In this document: positions 21,401-33,900 of the stretch, piece after piece | How positions within the stretch are numbered: position 1 is the first letter of the stretch | Layout of the letters: each line of letters starts with the position of its first letter | From: Anthoceros angustus | Lineage: Eukaryota; Plantae; Anthocerotophyta | DNA: 64,000 nt | NCBI GenBank assembly: GCA_010909165.1 | Contig: VJWM01000186.1 | Coordinates: 372,001 to 436,000 of the forward strand | Reading direction: 5' to 3' | Position numbers and translations under genes: made by a program | Notes under the pieces: model-generated | Seen by the model: the letters and a program-made list of their open reading frames with translations, nothing else | The model's database searches: none | What the model was told of the DNA's origin: nothing

Positions 21401-23137
21401 TCACTTGTTTCGCAGGCGTACCAACCCCGCGACGGTGGATTTTAGGCAAGCATGGAGATTGAAGGAGAACATCCACTGATGGTGTATGGCCTGGGCCTAC
21501 ACCAATTTGGAGTTGATTGAGGAGTGCTACATCAATCTCCATCAATCGAGGCACCTTGCCGCTCGTGATGGATATAGGCCTCATACATTGTGCCCCAATC
21601 CGGCTTGGCTCTCATGAAATCTTCCACAAGAATTGGAGGAAGTTGGTGCCGAATAAGAAGTGTGTTGGTAATTCACCAACCCTGGACAATCTTGGCAAAG
21701 ACCGCCATTTCAACTCCTTGATGTTGTCCGCCTTCCACCGTTCTTGGCGTGGGCCTTCACCTCCGGCCCATCATGTCTAAGACCTCGGGATTTCAAAGGG
21801 AAATCCTCTTCCCTCCATTTGTCCTCTCAAGGAGAGCAATTCCTGAGCTCTCCTCCTCCGGTCTTCCATACACTTGACGAATGCTTCGGACTGTCCAGCA
21901 GCGAGGATCAGTCCAGGCATTCCTCTCCGGCTAGGCCGAATTCCTTGGATGCAGAGGGGGCACGGCCATGTTACCTCAGCACCTACTTGGTGCATTTGTG
22001 GGAGACTAAGGGGCTCTTGACCAGCAAAGAGCTTGAGGATGCTTGGCATCCTTTTGAGATTATTCACCTCCAACCAACCTTAGAGCGCCTTGCCGCTCCC
22101 GAGGAAGACAATGGGAGGAGACTCCTGGCGCACTCAAGGCCAAGGACAGAGGAGGTGGAGGCAACGAGGTTGCCGTAGTGGGAGGCCTTTCCCCCACAAG
22201 AGGAGCCGGAAGGAAGAGCAAAAATCCCGGCCATAGAGGGGCCGTGTGGTAGTCTATAAGAAGCTGCAGACTACCACGGTGAGGTACGACCCAAGGGTGG
22301 GAGGAGTCCCCACCATTGAATGGGTGCGAGGAGAGGCACCGTCATTACCCAGATGGCGCACCACAGAAGACACCATGGTAGGTAACCAGTAGACTACATG
22401 CTAGGGGTTCACCACCGCGGTGAGCACCTCTGTAGGTGAACCAAGCAGCCCCAGAGGAAGAAGAGGAAGGAGGGGCGGCGCCCAGGCCGCCATCACCCGC
22501 GCTGGGTGGAAGGGCGGATGAGGAGACTGTGCGAGGAGCTACGCCACCGCGCGATGGCCGGAGGAGTGCGAGGGAGCTGGAAATTTCCAGCAAGAGGCCG
22601 GCGGGGGCAGAATTGGGGCCCCTAGGAGATGTGCTGAGTGCCTGTGAGGTACTCAGCCATGTGGATTTGAAGGGGGCTAGGGAGCTAGCAGCCTCCTTAT
22701 GGGCGTGCCAAGAGGAAGTCCGAGATTAAGGCCCAAGAGATGACGGAGAGGAGGGCAGGGACCAAATATTGGAGGCCATGGAGTCCGATGAGAAGGCGGC
22801 TAAGTTGGAGAAGACCGTGGAGAAGCTCCAACGCGACCTTGTGGACCAACGGCGCGCGGAGAAGGTCCTGGAGGGGAGGTTGTCCCAAACCGAGGAGAGA
22901 GCTGGCCGAGCAACCACCCAACGGGACTCTTGGAGGCAAAAGGCGGAAGAGCACTTTGCCCAACTAGAGCAGGAGAGGAAGAGCAAGATTGAGGCTCTAG
23001 GGAGAGAGAAGCAGGCGACCCAACAAGTGGAGGCGCAGGAGCAAGTGATGGCTACTCAAGCCATCAAAATCCGGGACATGGAAGAAGAATTGCGGAGGAC
23101 CCGGTACAACTTGGAAGAGAAGCACGCAGGGCTGGAG
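18497..23137 (+). mobile_element. GC-rich LTR-like family A fragment: AT-rich promoter-like head plus long ORF, first ~1.78 kb tandemly duplicated
   Basis: Units ~18497-20272 and ~20273-22040 share long identical stretches, including CCACTATATATGCC. The ORF starts MTRAAKGKG (19495, 21277) and ends in a coiled-coil region (22769..23137). A homologous copy lies at 61545-64000. No gag/pol is seen, so LTR identity is inferred from architecture. Confidence 0.6.
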
Positions 23138-26100
23138 TGTGGACCACGGACTCTCCCCGGGGGTAGGAAATGAGTTAGGTATTGTTTTTTTCGTAGGTGC
23201 GGAGTAGAAAATGAGGCGGAAAGGAAGAAATAAGCCCGGAGTACTGACCGATCTCGGATGGACTCGGAGTAATTTGAAAGGACTCGGGGAGGAGCTCCGG
23301 ACCCACACCGGGAGTGCTCGGGATAAGTCCGGACCACCTCCAAGGCGGGGCCAGGATAAATCGCCAAGTAAAGTAACTTAGAAGTTGGGCGTGATTTAGA
23401 TAGGCGAAGCCACGTGGAATGATGCAGTGGTGGAGCGGGCATCGTGAGACCAGGGCCAGAGGGTTGCAGGCCGTTATAGCAGTATTCACGCGCTCGAAAT
23501 GCGCGTAAGGCGAGTAAAAGCGTGGCGTAGGCGAGTAAACCCATGCGAGACCTCACAGCGATTCACAGGCGGTGAAGGGACACCCTCCCGCTCCGCGACT
23601 ACTCCGGCGTGTCGCGACTGGAGGGTGAACCATTTCTCTTTGTGACCTCGCGATTTTTGCGGTCTCGCGCTCCACCCGCTCTTTGGCGCTATCTCTTGGC
23701 GCTCGGGCACCTTCTCGTGGCTCACCTTCGTGGTTGGAGGGCGTGACAAGCGGCGAAGAGGAGCAACATAATCGCCAACACCGACAACACGGGCAAGAAG
23801 AAGGCGGTGGGACCCAAGAAGGCAGCGGAGGTATGGGAACCTGGCGCTGGTGGAGCCGCAACATTGTCACCGGAGATACCCGACTTGGACCACAGGTGGA
23901 GGCGGAGGACTTGGTGGAGAAATGGCACCTGGACATCTTCAGCGCGGTGTGGACGTTCGACAGTGTCACACTTGTCGGGGAATCGCGGAAGATGCTGGCC
24001 GTCGCCAACAAGGAGGTCCGCTCCAAAAGCTTGAGGGAGGACCCTAGGAGGTGGACCGTGGAGGTCTGAGGCGGTTCTGGCCCGGTGGAAAATTGAGGGG
24101 TGTAGTCCGGGCCCCTCAAGGTGAGGAAGGTAGAAGCAGAAAGGCGGCGTCTGAGGCGACCAGCAGTCGTCCAATGGCTGGTTGATCGGACTGCTTGGAT
24201 GAGGCGGGTGAGGAGGCGTGGCTAAGGTCATTGTCCATTGGAACATGCTCACCAAGGTGGATCACCTTGGTGATAATCTTTGGTTCTGCACGCCCTCTGA
24301 GGGGCAAGCGGGCGCAGGCGTATTATCATCGCTCGGATCGGTCAAGGCGGAAGCTACGGAGGCGAGAAGCACCTCCGTCGGCCAGTCCTTTCCTCATCCA
24401 TGTGTGGGGACACCTCAACCTAAAGGAGGGAGAAGGAGGGGCGCTCGGAAAGTTGGCGACCTGCGGGAGGCGGGGAAGAAGGCGGCGCGGGCGGCCCGAC
24501 CTCCTAAGGCCAAGCGAGCCGGGAGGAAGATGATTGGGAGGATTCCGGACTCCATCCAGTGGGCGGACCCCTCGCCGCCCGAGAGGTATGGGAGGATATC
24601 CACTCCCTCCTTACGGTTCGGAGGTGGAGTTGCCGCACGGATGGGCACCTCACGGAAGGAGGCGTTGGCAGCCTGCCCGGCCAAACCCCACCTGGCCCCG
24701 GCAGCGCCACGCCCGGGGCAGGCGAGTCGTCAAAGGCGGAAGGTGGCTCCCTGTGGCCAAGGCGCACGGTACCTCTGCCCTAGCAGTGCGGGAGGAGGCG
24801 TGGGAGGCGGAGAGGGCGCGCCAGGCGGGGGGGAGCGGCGCAGCCACATCCGAGCCCGTCACATCTCCGGCGGAGAAGCGCCAACTCCGGACCCCTCGCC
24901 ACCAAGCCCAAAGCAGTAGGCGGAGAAGGAGTTATGACCAAGCGGCCAAGGAGGTGGAAGGGCGGACGGGGCACCCGGGACACGAGGTCTGATCAGTCCG
25001 AGCAGTCCGGACTCACTCGGACTGATCAGGGTCCTTAGCGGACGGAGATGCACTCCGACGGACTTCTTGGGTGCCTCCCAGTGGCCGGCCGTGGACACAG
25101 TTTTGGCTACCATCATGGACGGTATGCTTTGGGGTCTCTGGGGCGGAGAAGACCCGGAGGTGGAGGCAACAAGGGCGCATGGTGCTCCTCAGGAGGCGGT
25201 GGGCGGCCCGGGAGGCGAGAAGGCGGAATCCCTCGCTCGAATCGAGGAGGAAGCGTGAGGCGAGGCGGGAGGTCCGGTCTGACAGGCCGGACCAAGGTCC
25301 TTCGGTAATGAAAGCTGAGCAGTAAGGAGGCCCAAGGGCGGAGACCTCTGCGGCGGGAGGCAGCGGGGAGGCTGGAGGAAGCCGAGCAGGCGGGCGGCTC
25401 GAGACTGGGCTGGCTAGGCGAGAACAAAGCCGGAGGCTCGGTGGAGTGAGGCGGAGCGGCTAAACCAACGAGATCACTAGGCGGGATCGAAACCCGGTGG
25501 AGGAGGCGGCCCAGGGCAGCAGCTAACTGGCGGAGCAGGCGGGGCGAGCCGCAGGTCAGCCGTCGAGAAGAAGAGCCGGCAACAAGGAGATGGAGGATCT
25601 CAGGGCTCGATTCTGTGAAGTGGAAGGCGAGATGGAAGAGCCAAGGAGACCTTGCGACTCAAGATACAATCAGCGGGCAGGGGCTGCAGGCGTGATCGCG
25701 GATCACAGGCGGGGAAAGCGACTCCGGCTCTTGGCGAGAAGAGGTAGGCGGTGGAACAAGGCGGCCGTCGCGAAATGGAGAGGACACAGGAGCGAAATCA
25801 GGCGAGTTGCGGACCGCTGGGAAGGGAGATGGCGGAGCTTGAGGCGAAATGAGCGGAGGGCAAGGGCCTTGGGCCTTGAGAAAAGCTGGTCAGTTGAGGA
25901 AGGCGGAGGGGCTGCGTCATGGCGAGGGGCGGTGAGCAGAAGCAGCGGGAGGCTGGGCAGGCGAGGCGGCAATGGAGGTTGCGAGGAAATGTGAGGCCTC
26001 CCTTGTGGCCTCGCGAGATTCCGCTCGGTGACAAACACAGCGGGAGAGGCGGACCAGCAAAGCCGGACGGCACTCGACTTAGAGCACCTATGGCGAAGGA

Positions 26101-26639
26101 GTATCGGGTGCTCGGGCGCATGTGGAGAGGCAATCCAACAAATCGCTCGGATTTTGCCTACTACCGCTGAGCTCCTCAGGCGTTGAAGCTCAGCGCCATT
26201 GCAGCTGGGCGGACCTCAGGAGGGTCGAGGGTGGAAGGGAAGAAGGGCATGGGGACACGGGGCCTTGGTGGCCTTGTTTGGTGGGATGGCGGTGGAGAAG
26301 AGCCCGGGAGGGAGCGAGCGGCCAATGTAGCAGCCCTTGGTAAGTCCGCCACAACCCGGCAGGAGGAGGATAGGGACGAGGCCCCGAAAGAGGTGGGAGG
26401 AAACCAGGACCAAGCCCGAGAAGGGATCGGTGGAGGGACGGGCTAACGAGCAGTCCGGGTTGGGGTCGGGACTTGAGGACCGGACCTAATGTGAGTCGGA
26501 CCTTGAGGTCCGAACCGAGACGGACCACGAGGTGGGACTCGAAGTCAGGCCAAACCGACCCTAAAGATCGGACCCGGGAGTGAGACCGGACCCGAGGTCG
26601 GACTCAGAGGAGAGAGGAGCTGGTCCCGACTATACGTCG
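23138..26639 (+). repeat. Partial long gypsy LTR (family B) inserted into the family A ORF and interrupted by G1
   Basis: Starts TGTGGAC... and is colinear with 26640-30010 and with the reverse complement of the G2 LTRs. It lacks the TATA/R/U5 end. Confidence 0.75.
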
Positions 26640-29600
26640 TATAACGGACTCTCCTTGGGGTTGGGAAATAAGCTGGGTTTGTTTTTTTAGGGTATGGAGT
26701 GTAAAATAAAGGCGGAAAGGAGGAATAAGCAGACGGTACTCGGGTTGTACTCAGGCCCTCACAGACTCGGGGAGATGCTCAGGACCACAAACTCCGGGTC
26801 AAAGCAGGATAAATCGCCAAGTAAAGTAACTTAGAAGTTGGGCGTGAGTTAGGCAGGCGGCGCCCGTGGATGGTCTTGAGTGGTGGGCATCTGCGAGACC
26901 GGGCCGTAGGTTGCGATGGCCGTTATGGCGGTATTCACGCTCCGGGTACGCGGCGGTAATAGTGGCGGGCGTAAAGGCGAGGTAAGCCATGCGAGGCCCA
27001 CAGCGATTCTACGGACAAGCCGCCCGCGGCGGTTACTCCGGCGAGAGAGAAGCGCGGTCATTCTTCAAACAACGCGGCGATTTTTCGCATTCTCTCGCTC
27101 GAGACACGGCTCTCTGGCGTTGTCTTTTTGATTCGAGCACCCTTGGCTTGATTCGACTTGGCGAGGAAGCGGCGACACCCGGCGGGAGGCGGAGATTGCG
27201 GAGCCTCACGCCTCAGTGAGAAAGGAGTGTGAAGATGGGACCCAAGGCGGGCGTGGGAGCCATGGCGCTTGGTGGGCCTGCTGTCGTCACCGCGCTACCG
27301 GACTTGGGCCGTGGGCTGGAGGAGGCGGAGGAGGCTGGTGGAGGGCACTGGACATTTTCGGGCCGTGCGGACCTTGACGTCACCTAGTCAGAATCGCCGG
27401 AAGATGTTGGCGGCGCCAACAAGGAGGTCCGATCAAGAACTGCTGGAGGACCCTAGGAGGTGTGGAGTGGAGGTCACGAGGCGGTTACAACCGGGAGAAT
27501 AGGAGGAGTAGTACGGAACCCACGAAGGTGAAGGGGAAGGTGGCGCGGCGGCCCCTTTTGCGACCGAGGGCGGCGGTCCTCCAGCGGATGGGCGATGTCG
27601 GACCTCTACGGGAGAGGAATGCGTTCGATGGCGAAGATTATCGTCACTTTGGAACATGCTCGGTGGACCACCTTGGCGATAATCTGCTAGTGTTCCTCCA
27701 CGACCTCTGAAGGGAAGCGCCCGGGGGCGGGATAATCTTCGCCGGGTCAATCGGGAAGCTGTGAGGCGAGTGCGAAGCCACCTCCGTCGGCGTTATCGCC
27801 GTTTTGATTCATGTGTGGGGGCACGAACCTCTGAAGGAGGTGAAGAGGAGCACTCGGAAAGGGTGGCCGCTCTAGGCGGAAGGAAGAGGCAGGAGGCCCG
27901 GTCGGAGTAAGAGGTCGGGAGGAGGGCGGCGGGAGGGAATTCGGACTCCATACATGCAGGACCCCCTCGCCACCGGAAGTGTGGGAGGACATCCCTTCCT
28001 CCTCCTGTGCCGGGCGTCGGCCTTGAGCGGCCAGGGGCGAGTTGGCGGTTCCGGTAGCGGCGGGCGCCAACAACAACGGCAGTTTGACCCGGCGGACTCG
28101 GGGAACCGAAGAAGGCGGGCGCCTGCATACCCCGGGCGGTGCCCTTGCCTCCTGTGGTGGCAAGCGGAGGAGGCGTCGAAGAGGCGGAGAGGGGCCGCCC
28201 AAGGCGGGGAGGCCAGCCTCACGGGCACATCATCTCCGACGGGAGAGGAAAAGGGCCAGCTCCGGACCCCTTCCACCTCAAGCCCAGGAGGAAAAGGCGG
28301 AGAAGGAGTTAAGCGGCCAAGAGGGCCAAGGAAGGTGAGAGCTCGGACCTCGGCCTCGGGACCTAAGGGTCCTGATTAGTCAGAGCCCGATCCGGACTCG
28401 CTGATATGGTCCTTGGCGGACGGAGATGCCCGCCCACAGGACTTCTGGGCATCTCCCCAGTGGCCGTGGAAGCAGTTTTGGCTACCGTCATGGGCCGGTA
28501 TGCTTTGGGGCCTCTGGACGGAGAAGACCCAAGTGGAGGCCACCGGAGGAGGATGGTGGAACTTCAAGGCGGTGGGCGGCCCAGGCGAGCAGGCGGAGTC
28601 CCTCGCGTCGAGGAGGGCGTCGGGAGGCGGAGGAGGTCGGGCGGTCCGGAGACCAAGATCCCTTTGTCGACAGTGAAGCGTCTGTGAGGCCCAAGCACGG
28701 TGAGACCTCTGCAAGCGGAGGAGGCGGGCGAAGGAGGCGGAGGAGGTGTCGGGCGGAGCGCCGCGACACAGCGGCAGCTCGGCTAGACCAACACCAAGCG
28801 GCGAGGCTCGAGGTGGCGGCCGGGAGGCGGAGGCAGCGGGTCGAGGATCACTACGGCGTGATCGGGCCGGTGGAGAAAGCGGGGGGTAGCAGCTAACTGA
28901 AGCAGGTGGCAGGTGGCAGGCGAGCAGCGAAGAAGAGATGGAGGCCAGCACGAGAAATAGGGACCTCAGTGCAGTGCGAGAGCGGAGGCGGCGGGGCTGG
29001 AGGCAAGGACACCACAGGCAACTCCAAGGCAGCGTCGAACACAGGATTCTCATGGGAGAATCCAAGACTTGGAGGAGATTGAGCGCCTCGGCTCGCTGAG
29101 GCGGAGGAGAATAGGCGATCAAGGAGTTGGGCGTCGCGGTGAAAAGGCTGGAGGAAGCGAGTCGGGCGGAGATCTGGCCGCTTTGGAGAAGGAAGTGGCG
29201 GACCTGGGTAAGGATGAGCGGAGGGGCGCTGGAGGAGGCGCTTGTCCGTTCGGGAGGCGGAGGAGCTCGGCTCCATGGCGGCAAGTTGGTGGGCTGGCAG
29301 CGAAGGGAGGAGGAACACGTCGGCGGCGAGGCTGCGGGAGGTGTCGGAGGCCGCCTTGGCGGCATCAAATCGGCGGCTTAATTGGCGGCGGAGGCAGGTC
29401 GGCCGGCGGGCAACACGCCAGTGCCGGAGCACCTGGAGGAGAGTACCAGTGCTCGGGCCCATGTGGAGAGGCAATTCAACAAGTCACTCCGACTTTGCCT
29501 ACCGAGCTTCTCAAGGCCTTTGGAGGTGTCGCCACCCTCGGCGGTGGGCCTTCGAGTCGGAAGGAGGAGGCGAAGGAAGGCCCGAGGCGACCAGGGACCT

Positions 29601-30962
29601 TAGGGCTGTTTGGCGGCGCGAGGGGCAGTGGAGGAGGCGGGGCGTGGGGAAGGTGCGAGGTAAGCACTCCACCCCACCATGGAAGGAGGAGGAGGGCCAC
29701 AGGGGGGCCGTGAAGGCGCTGGGCAGCAGGAACCAGGAGGACTCGGTGGGTGAACCATGAGAAGTCCAGTGAGGGAAAACCAGTGCTCGTGAGTCGGACT
29801 TTGTCGGACTCTGAAGAAGAGCGGACCGAGGTCCGGCCTCTGAAATCTGGACTCGAGGTCGGACTCTGGTGGCGGACGGACCACGAGGTCAGGACTCGAG
29901 GAAAAGAAGATCGGACCGAGGTCCGGACTCGGAAAGAAGACGGACCGAGGTCCGGACCCGGGCGGACCTAGAGGTCGGACTCGGTCGAGGCCCGGACCAC
30001 AGTCAGACTCGGGAGGCGGAGGAGCCACCAATCACCAGCCGTGAGCCTTCTCTTGGGGCCCATGTACGAGGGCCCGGGAGATAAGAGAAGATGGGGAGGA
30101 GGATTTAGTGGTGACCGCCGTTGTCAGGCCGCCGCGGTAGCGGCCTGATAGAACCTCGGGGAGAGGTAGGGGCCCGCCTCGCGGATCATCCGATTGGGTG
30201 TGCGCGATTGTCGAGAGCTGGGCCTTGGGCGCCCGGTAGGCGGAATCAGGGGCAACCCCAGCCCCACCACCCACGCGTAGATAGGTGGAATAAGGGAAAT
30301 AGTAGGCGGCCGATTAGGGCGCCCAGGCCATCATTTCGAGAATAGGTGTAATAAAGGCCGCCGACCTTGACGTAGTATAAGAGGGTTGCTCTAAGTAAAG
30401 TATCTTTCTCTTGGTGTTGATGCGTCTTCTTGCGAGGCCCTTTGTGTGCCTTCTTGCTAGCGTGAGTCACGAGTCGGCGGTGCAGCTCGGGAGGCGATCA
30501 AGGTCTGGTGGCCGGACCCTAACGTGTGGTGGTGTGTGGGAAGGCGACCGGGACCCTTGCTCGTCTCGGCGGCGGCCGGCGTCGAGACGCGTGAGCGGAG
30601 GAACTCGGGAGGCGTGTAGAGCCGGACGGAGAGCCAGCGGAGGCGGCGGAGAGGTCCGGACCCGCCACCAGCGATTTTCCCAAGGATAATGTGAAGTGTG
30701 AATGGTGAGAGGAGCGGACCCGGAGGAGGCAGTGACAAACTTGAATGACTGAGCAGGTCCTTAAGCGTTTAGCCACGCTTGAACTGTCCGATTGATATTC
30801 TGGTAGTTAGTCGTAAAAGCGATGAATGTGTGTGGGAGTCAGCGGGTACTACATGAGGTGAGAAGCGATTGAAAGCGTGGTAGACCTATCATTCTCTTGG
30901 GAGCGGACCTCCTTACAACGACGGGATTGTGCGCGGTGGCCGTCGGTGAAAGTCGCGCCACA
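26640..30962 (+). repeat. G1 5' LTR (~4.3 kb, ORF-bearing)
   Basis: Ends ...GCCACA, followed by TTT and the PBS. A TATA-like GTATAAGAG lies at ~30375. Homologous to the G2 LTRs. The left boundary is approximate. Confidence 0.8.
27235..29900 (+). pseudogene. LTR-encoded long ORF (family B) in the G1 5' LTR, frameshifted; unknown function
   Basis: Starts MGPK. Conserved blocks WEPW, GHFRAVRTL/WHLDIF, RKMLAA.NKEVRS..LLEDPRR, VDHLGDN, then a low-complexity linker and an E/R/K coiled coil. The end is approximate. Confidence 0.65.
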
Positions 30963-30965
30963 TTT

Positions 30966-30980
30966 TGGCGCCGTTGCGGG
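30966..30980 (+). promoter_or_regulatory. G1 PBS TGGCGCCGTTGC(GGG), tRNA-Asp type as in Athila-like elements
   Basis: Lies directly after the LTR terminal CA plus TTT. Confidence 0.85.
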
Positions 30981-30999
30981 AATGAGATCGCTCCGTAGC

Positions 31000-33900
31000 T
31001 AGTGGGAAGGTAAGTGTGGATGCGTGGAGGGCGTGGTAGTCAAGAGCAGATTCTTTGAGTGAGCCGGACGTTGTGACCAGCGCTCCAGCGTGACGTGAGC
31101 GGCAGCTCAACGTGAGCTCCGGCCAGCGAGTAACGGTAGACTTGTCGGATCGTGAGGAGGAGCACAAGTCGAGGCGGCGATGGGGAGTGGTTCCTCAACC
31201 CCAGCTGGCGTGGCGATGCAACAACTCGACCAAAGCAAGCATACTCTCTCTTTGGAGAAGGAGAGCGGAAACCGTGGAGGATTTAGGTGTCTCGGGCCTT
31301 CAACGGAGAAGGTTCGGATCGCTCATCCGGTATTCGGGGGTCCTTGAGAAGGGGCATCGACCGGAGGAAGTACCGCCGCAGGCCCGACCTTGAGCATTGA
31401 AGGATGCCTTCTTGGAAAGATTCCGTGGGAATTGACCAAGAAGGCTAAACTATCTAAGCTCGAGAATAGGCGAGGCAAGGCGGAGAAGTTGGGATCGTAC
31501 ATGAGCGGTTCTCTCGGGACGGCACCCCACCACCACCATGCACGGTGCATGTTCGCGGCTTGCCCAAGCCAATGGCTAAGCACGTCTTGCTGTTTGGCGA
31601 GAAGGATGTGAGTAAGGCGGTCCGGTGAGACCTACGAGAATCGATGCAGCGAAGGGCGAGGCGCCTCAGGAGGAAGAAGAAAGAAGAAGCGGGGTCGAAT
31701 CCGAGGATGAAGAGCCCTCGGGAAGGAGGAGAGAGGCGGTACCCGGAGGAAGGAGGAGGACTCAGAAGAAGAATCCGAGGATGCCATGGAGGAGGAGGGT
31801 AGAAGGAATAAGAAGAAAAAAGTGGTGTTAAGCGGAGGTCGAGAAGAAGGAGGTCGTGATGCGCGAGGTTCGCCTTTGAAAGAAGTAGCGGGGTTGAGGA
31901 AGATGCAGGTAATGAAGAGGGTGGAAGAATTGACGATCAACGGTGAAGGATAGAAACGGCGAAGGCGGCCACCACGTTCGGACCCATCTATGGTGTGCGG
32001 TGTGCCAGCATGGGCATTCAAAGCTAGCGCCCCTCGGACCCGTAAACCAAGTGGAGTGACTACGGGAAGAGTCAGGAGGCGGTGGGAGGCGCCAAGTGCG
32101 AGGCGCGCGAGCGGTATCGATGTACCCTACGGCGGACCATCCATGCATCGACCCGTGCACATAAGGCCTCAGAATTCTCCGAGGCGGTGGTCTGTTGTGG
32201 GAACCAGGCACTACTCCAATGTGCCCATACCCCACTCGGCAAAGGGGGATTTTGAGCCTTTGTGTGGGGATTGCAAGCCCGGGGACATGGCGGGCGGTAC
32301 CAGAACCCTCGCTCGAGGGCGGTGCGCTATCGCCACCCGGTGAGGCCGACCCCCCACCCTCTCCCTAAGGCGCGGTGCTACTGATTGAAGATGCACGGTG
32401 GCGGAGTGGGAAGGCGCCAAGGAACTTGGGGGCGGTGGTACGCGGTTGCTAAGGAGGAGAAGGTAGACACTGGAGGTGCAGGTGTCAACGGCCGGAAGGA
32501 GGCGAAAGGAGAAGGCGGTTAAGAGGAAGAAGAATGGAGAGCACCACGGATACGGAGGGCGGGACTCGAAGGAGGAAACCAGCCAGGAAGGCGAGTTGAA
32601 TCGAGGCTGCTCAGAGGAATCACCGAAGAAACCTCCAGCGATAGTAGAAGAGCGGACCCACCACCGTTTCCACGGATGTGGTTCGTGAAGTGGCGGAGAT
32701 GCTTGAGGAGGAGATCCGGCGGGAGTGGTGGCCACCACGCAGGCGGTGGCGGGCGCTAGAAGAATCACAGCGGACACGACTCGTGAAGAGCCGCCACGCC
32801 TTCAAGGTGGGCGGCTTGATGATGGACCAACACACAGGTGTCACTCAGGCAGTTGTTAGAGACAATCCAGTATCGGCAGTCGGAGGGCCATCAAGGAGAC
32901 ACAACCACGCCGAAACGCCTCGGGTCGTAGGACCAAGAACGTGGAGGTAAGAGTGGTATCTCATACGGACCCCGGAGCGCCGGTGGTTCAGGTAGAAATC
33001 GCTGGGTGCGTGATTAAACGTACCCCTGGACACCGGTCAGGAGTCAACCTCATCACGGAGGCCACAGCAAGGCGGTTAGGGTTCACAGCATTTGAGCCAT
33101 CCACCAAAACCCTCAGGATGGCGGACATGTATCACGGCCAGCGGCGGAGTTGTCCGAGTCAAGCAACCATAGCGGGGCACCTACACATTGGACTTCGTGG
33201 TCATCAAGCCCGGGACCTCGGGGTGAGTCTTGTTGGGGCGTCCACAGGCTGGGACTCGCTCGGACAAAACTACACTTGGGAAGGAGATACACTTCAAACC
33301 ACGGGATCGAAGGTAAGGAAGGTGGCGATCACAGGCAAGGACACATCTGCGAAACCGTAAGCACCACAGGGTACACCTCCGCGAAGGCGTGGGGACGATG
33401 AGCGCTGATGATGACTACCCTTTCCAAAAATCTGTGGTCGAAGAAGAGATGGACTACGGAGAGGACACTTTTGGGCGGAGGTGGTCAATTGTTCAGTGGA
33501 GGCGCGCCTAGCCGGAGGGCGAGGGCAGGAGGAGACCCAGCGAGAGGGGGATGGAGGACCCCGTGACCAGGTTTACCTCAGACGAGCTTTTCGAGAGTGG
33601 GGATGCGTGAGGATGAACCTCGGATGGAGGATGGCTTTGGGCGTAGCGAGGAAAGGGAGGCGGTCAATCGGCGATGTGGAAGGCGTGGAGGTCCGGGAAA
33701 ATTCCTAAAATTCCGCAGGAGGTATGCAGTGAGTTGAGCGAGACCTCACCGATTGTTGGGGAATTCAGTGTTTGCTTTCAAGGTCACGGATATGAAGGCA
33801 TTCCAAGCGATGGGCGAACACGGATAGACACGAAGCCGAGGCGGTGCTGTTCGGATTCGACGGTATGCGAATCCAAACACTCGCTCAAGGTCAAGGAGGT

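Noticed and set aside
28376-29368. 330-aa minus-strand ORF, and similar ones such as 47065..47991 and 36331..37176
   Set aside because: Shadow or partial frames of the GC-rich LTR ORF, where stops are scarce. They are not separate genes.
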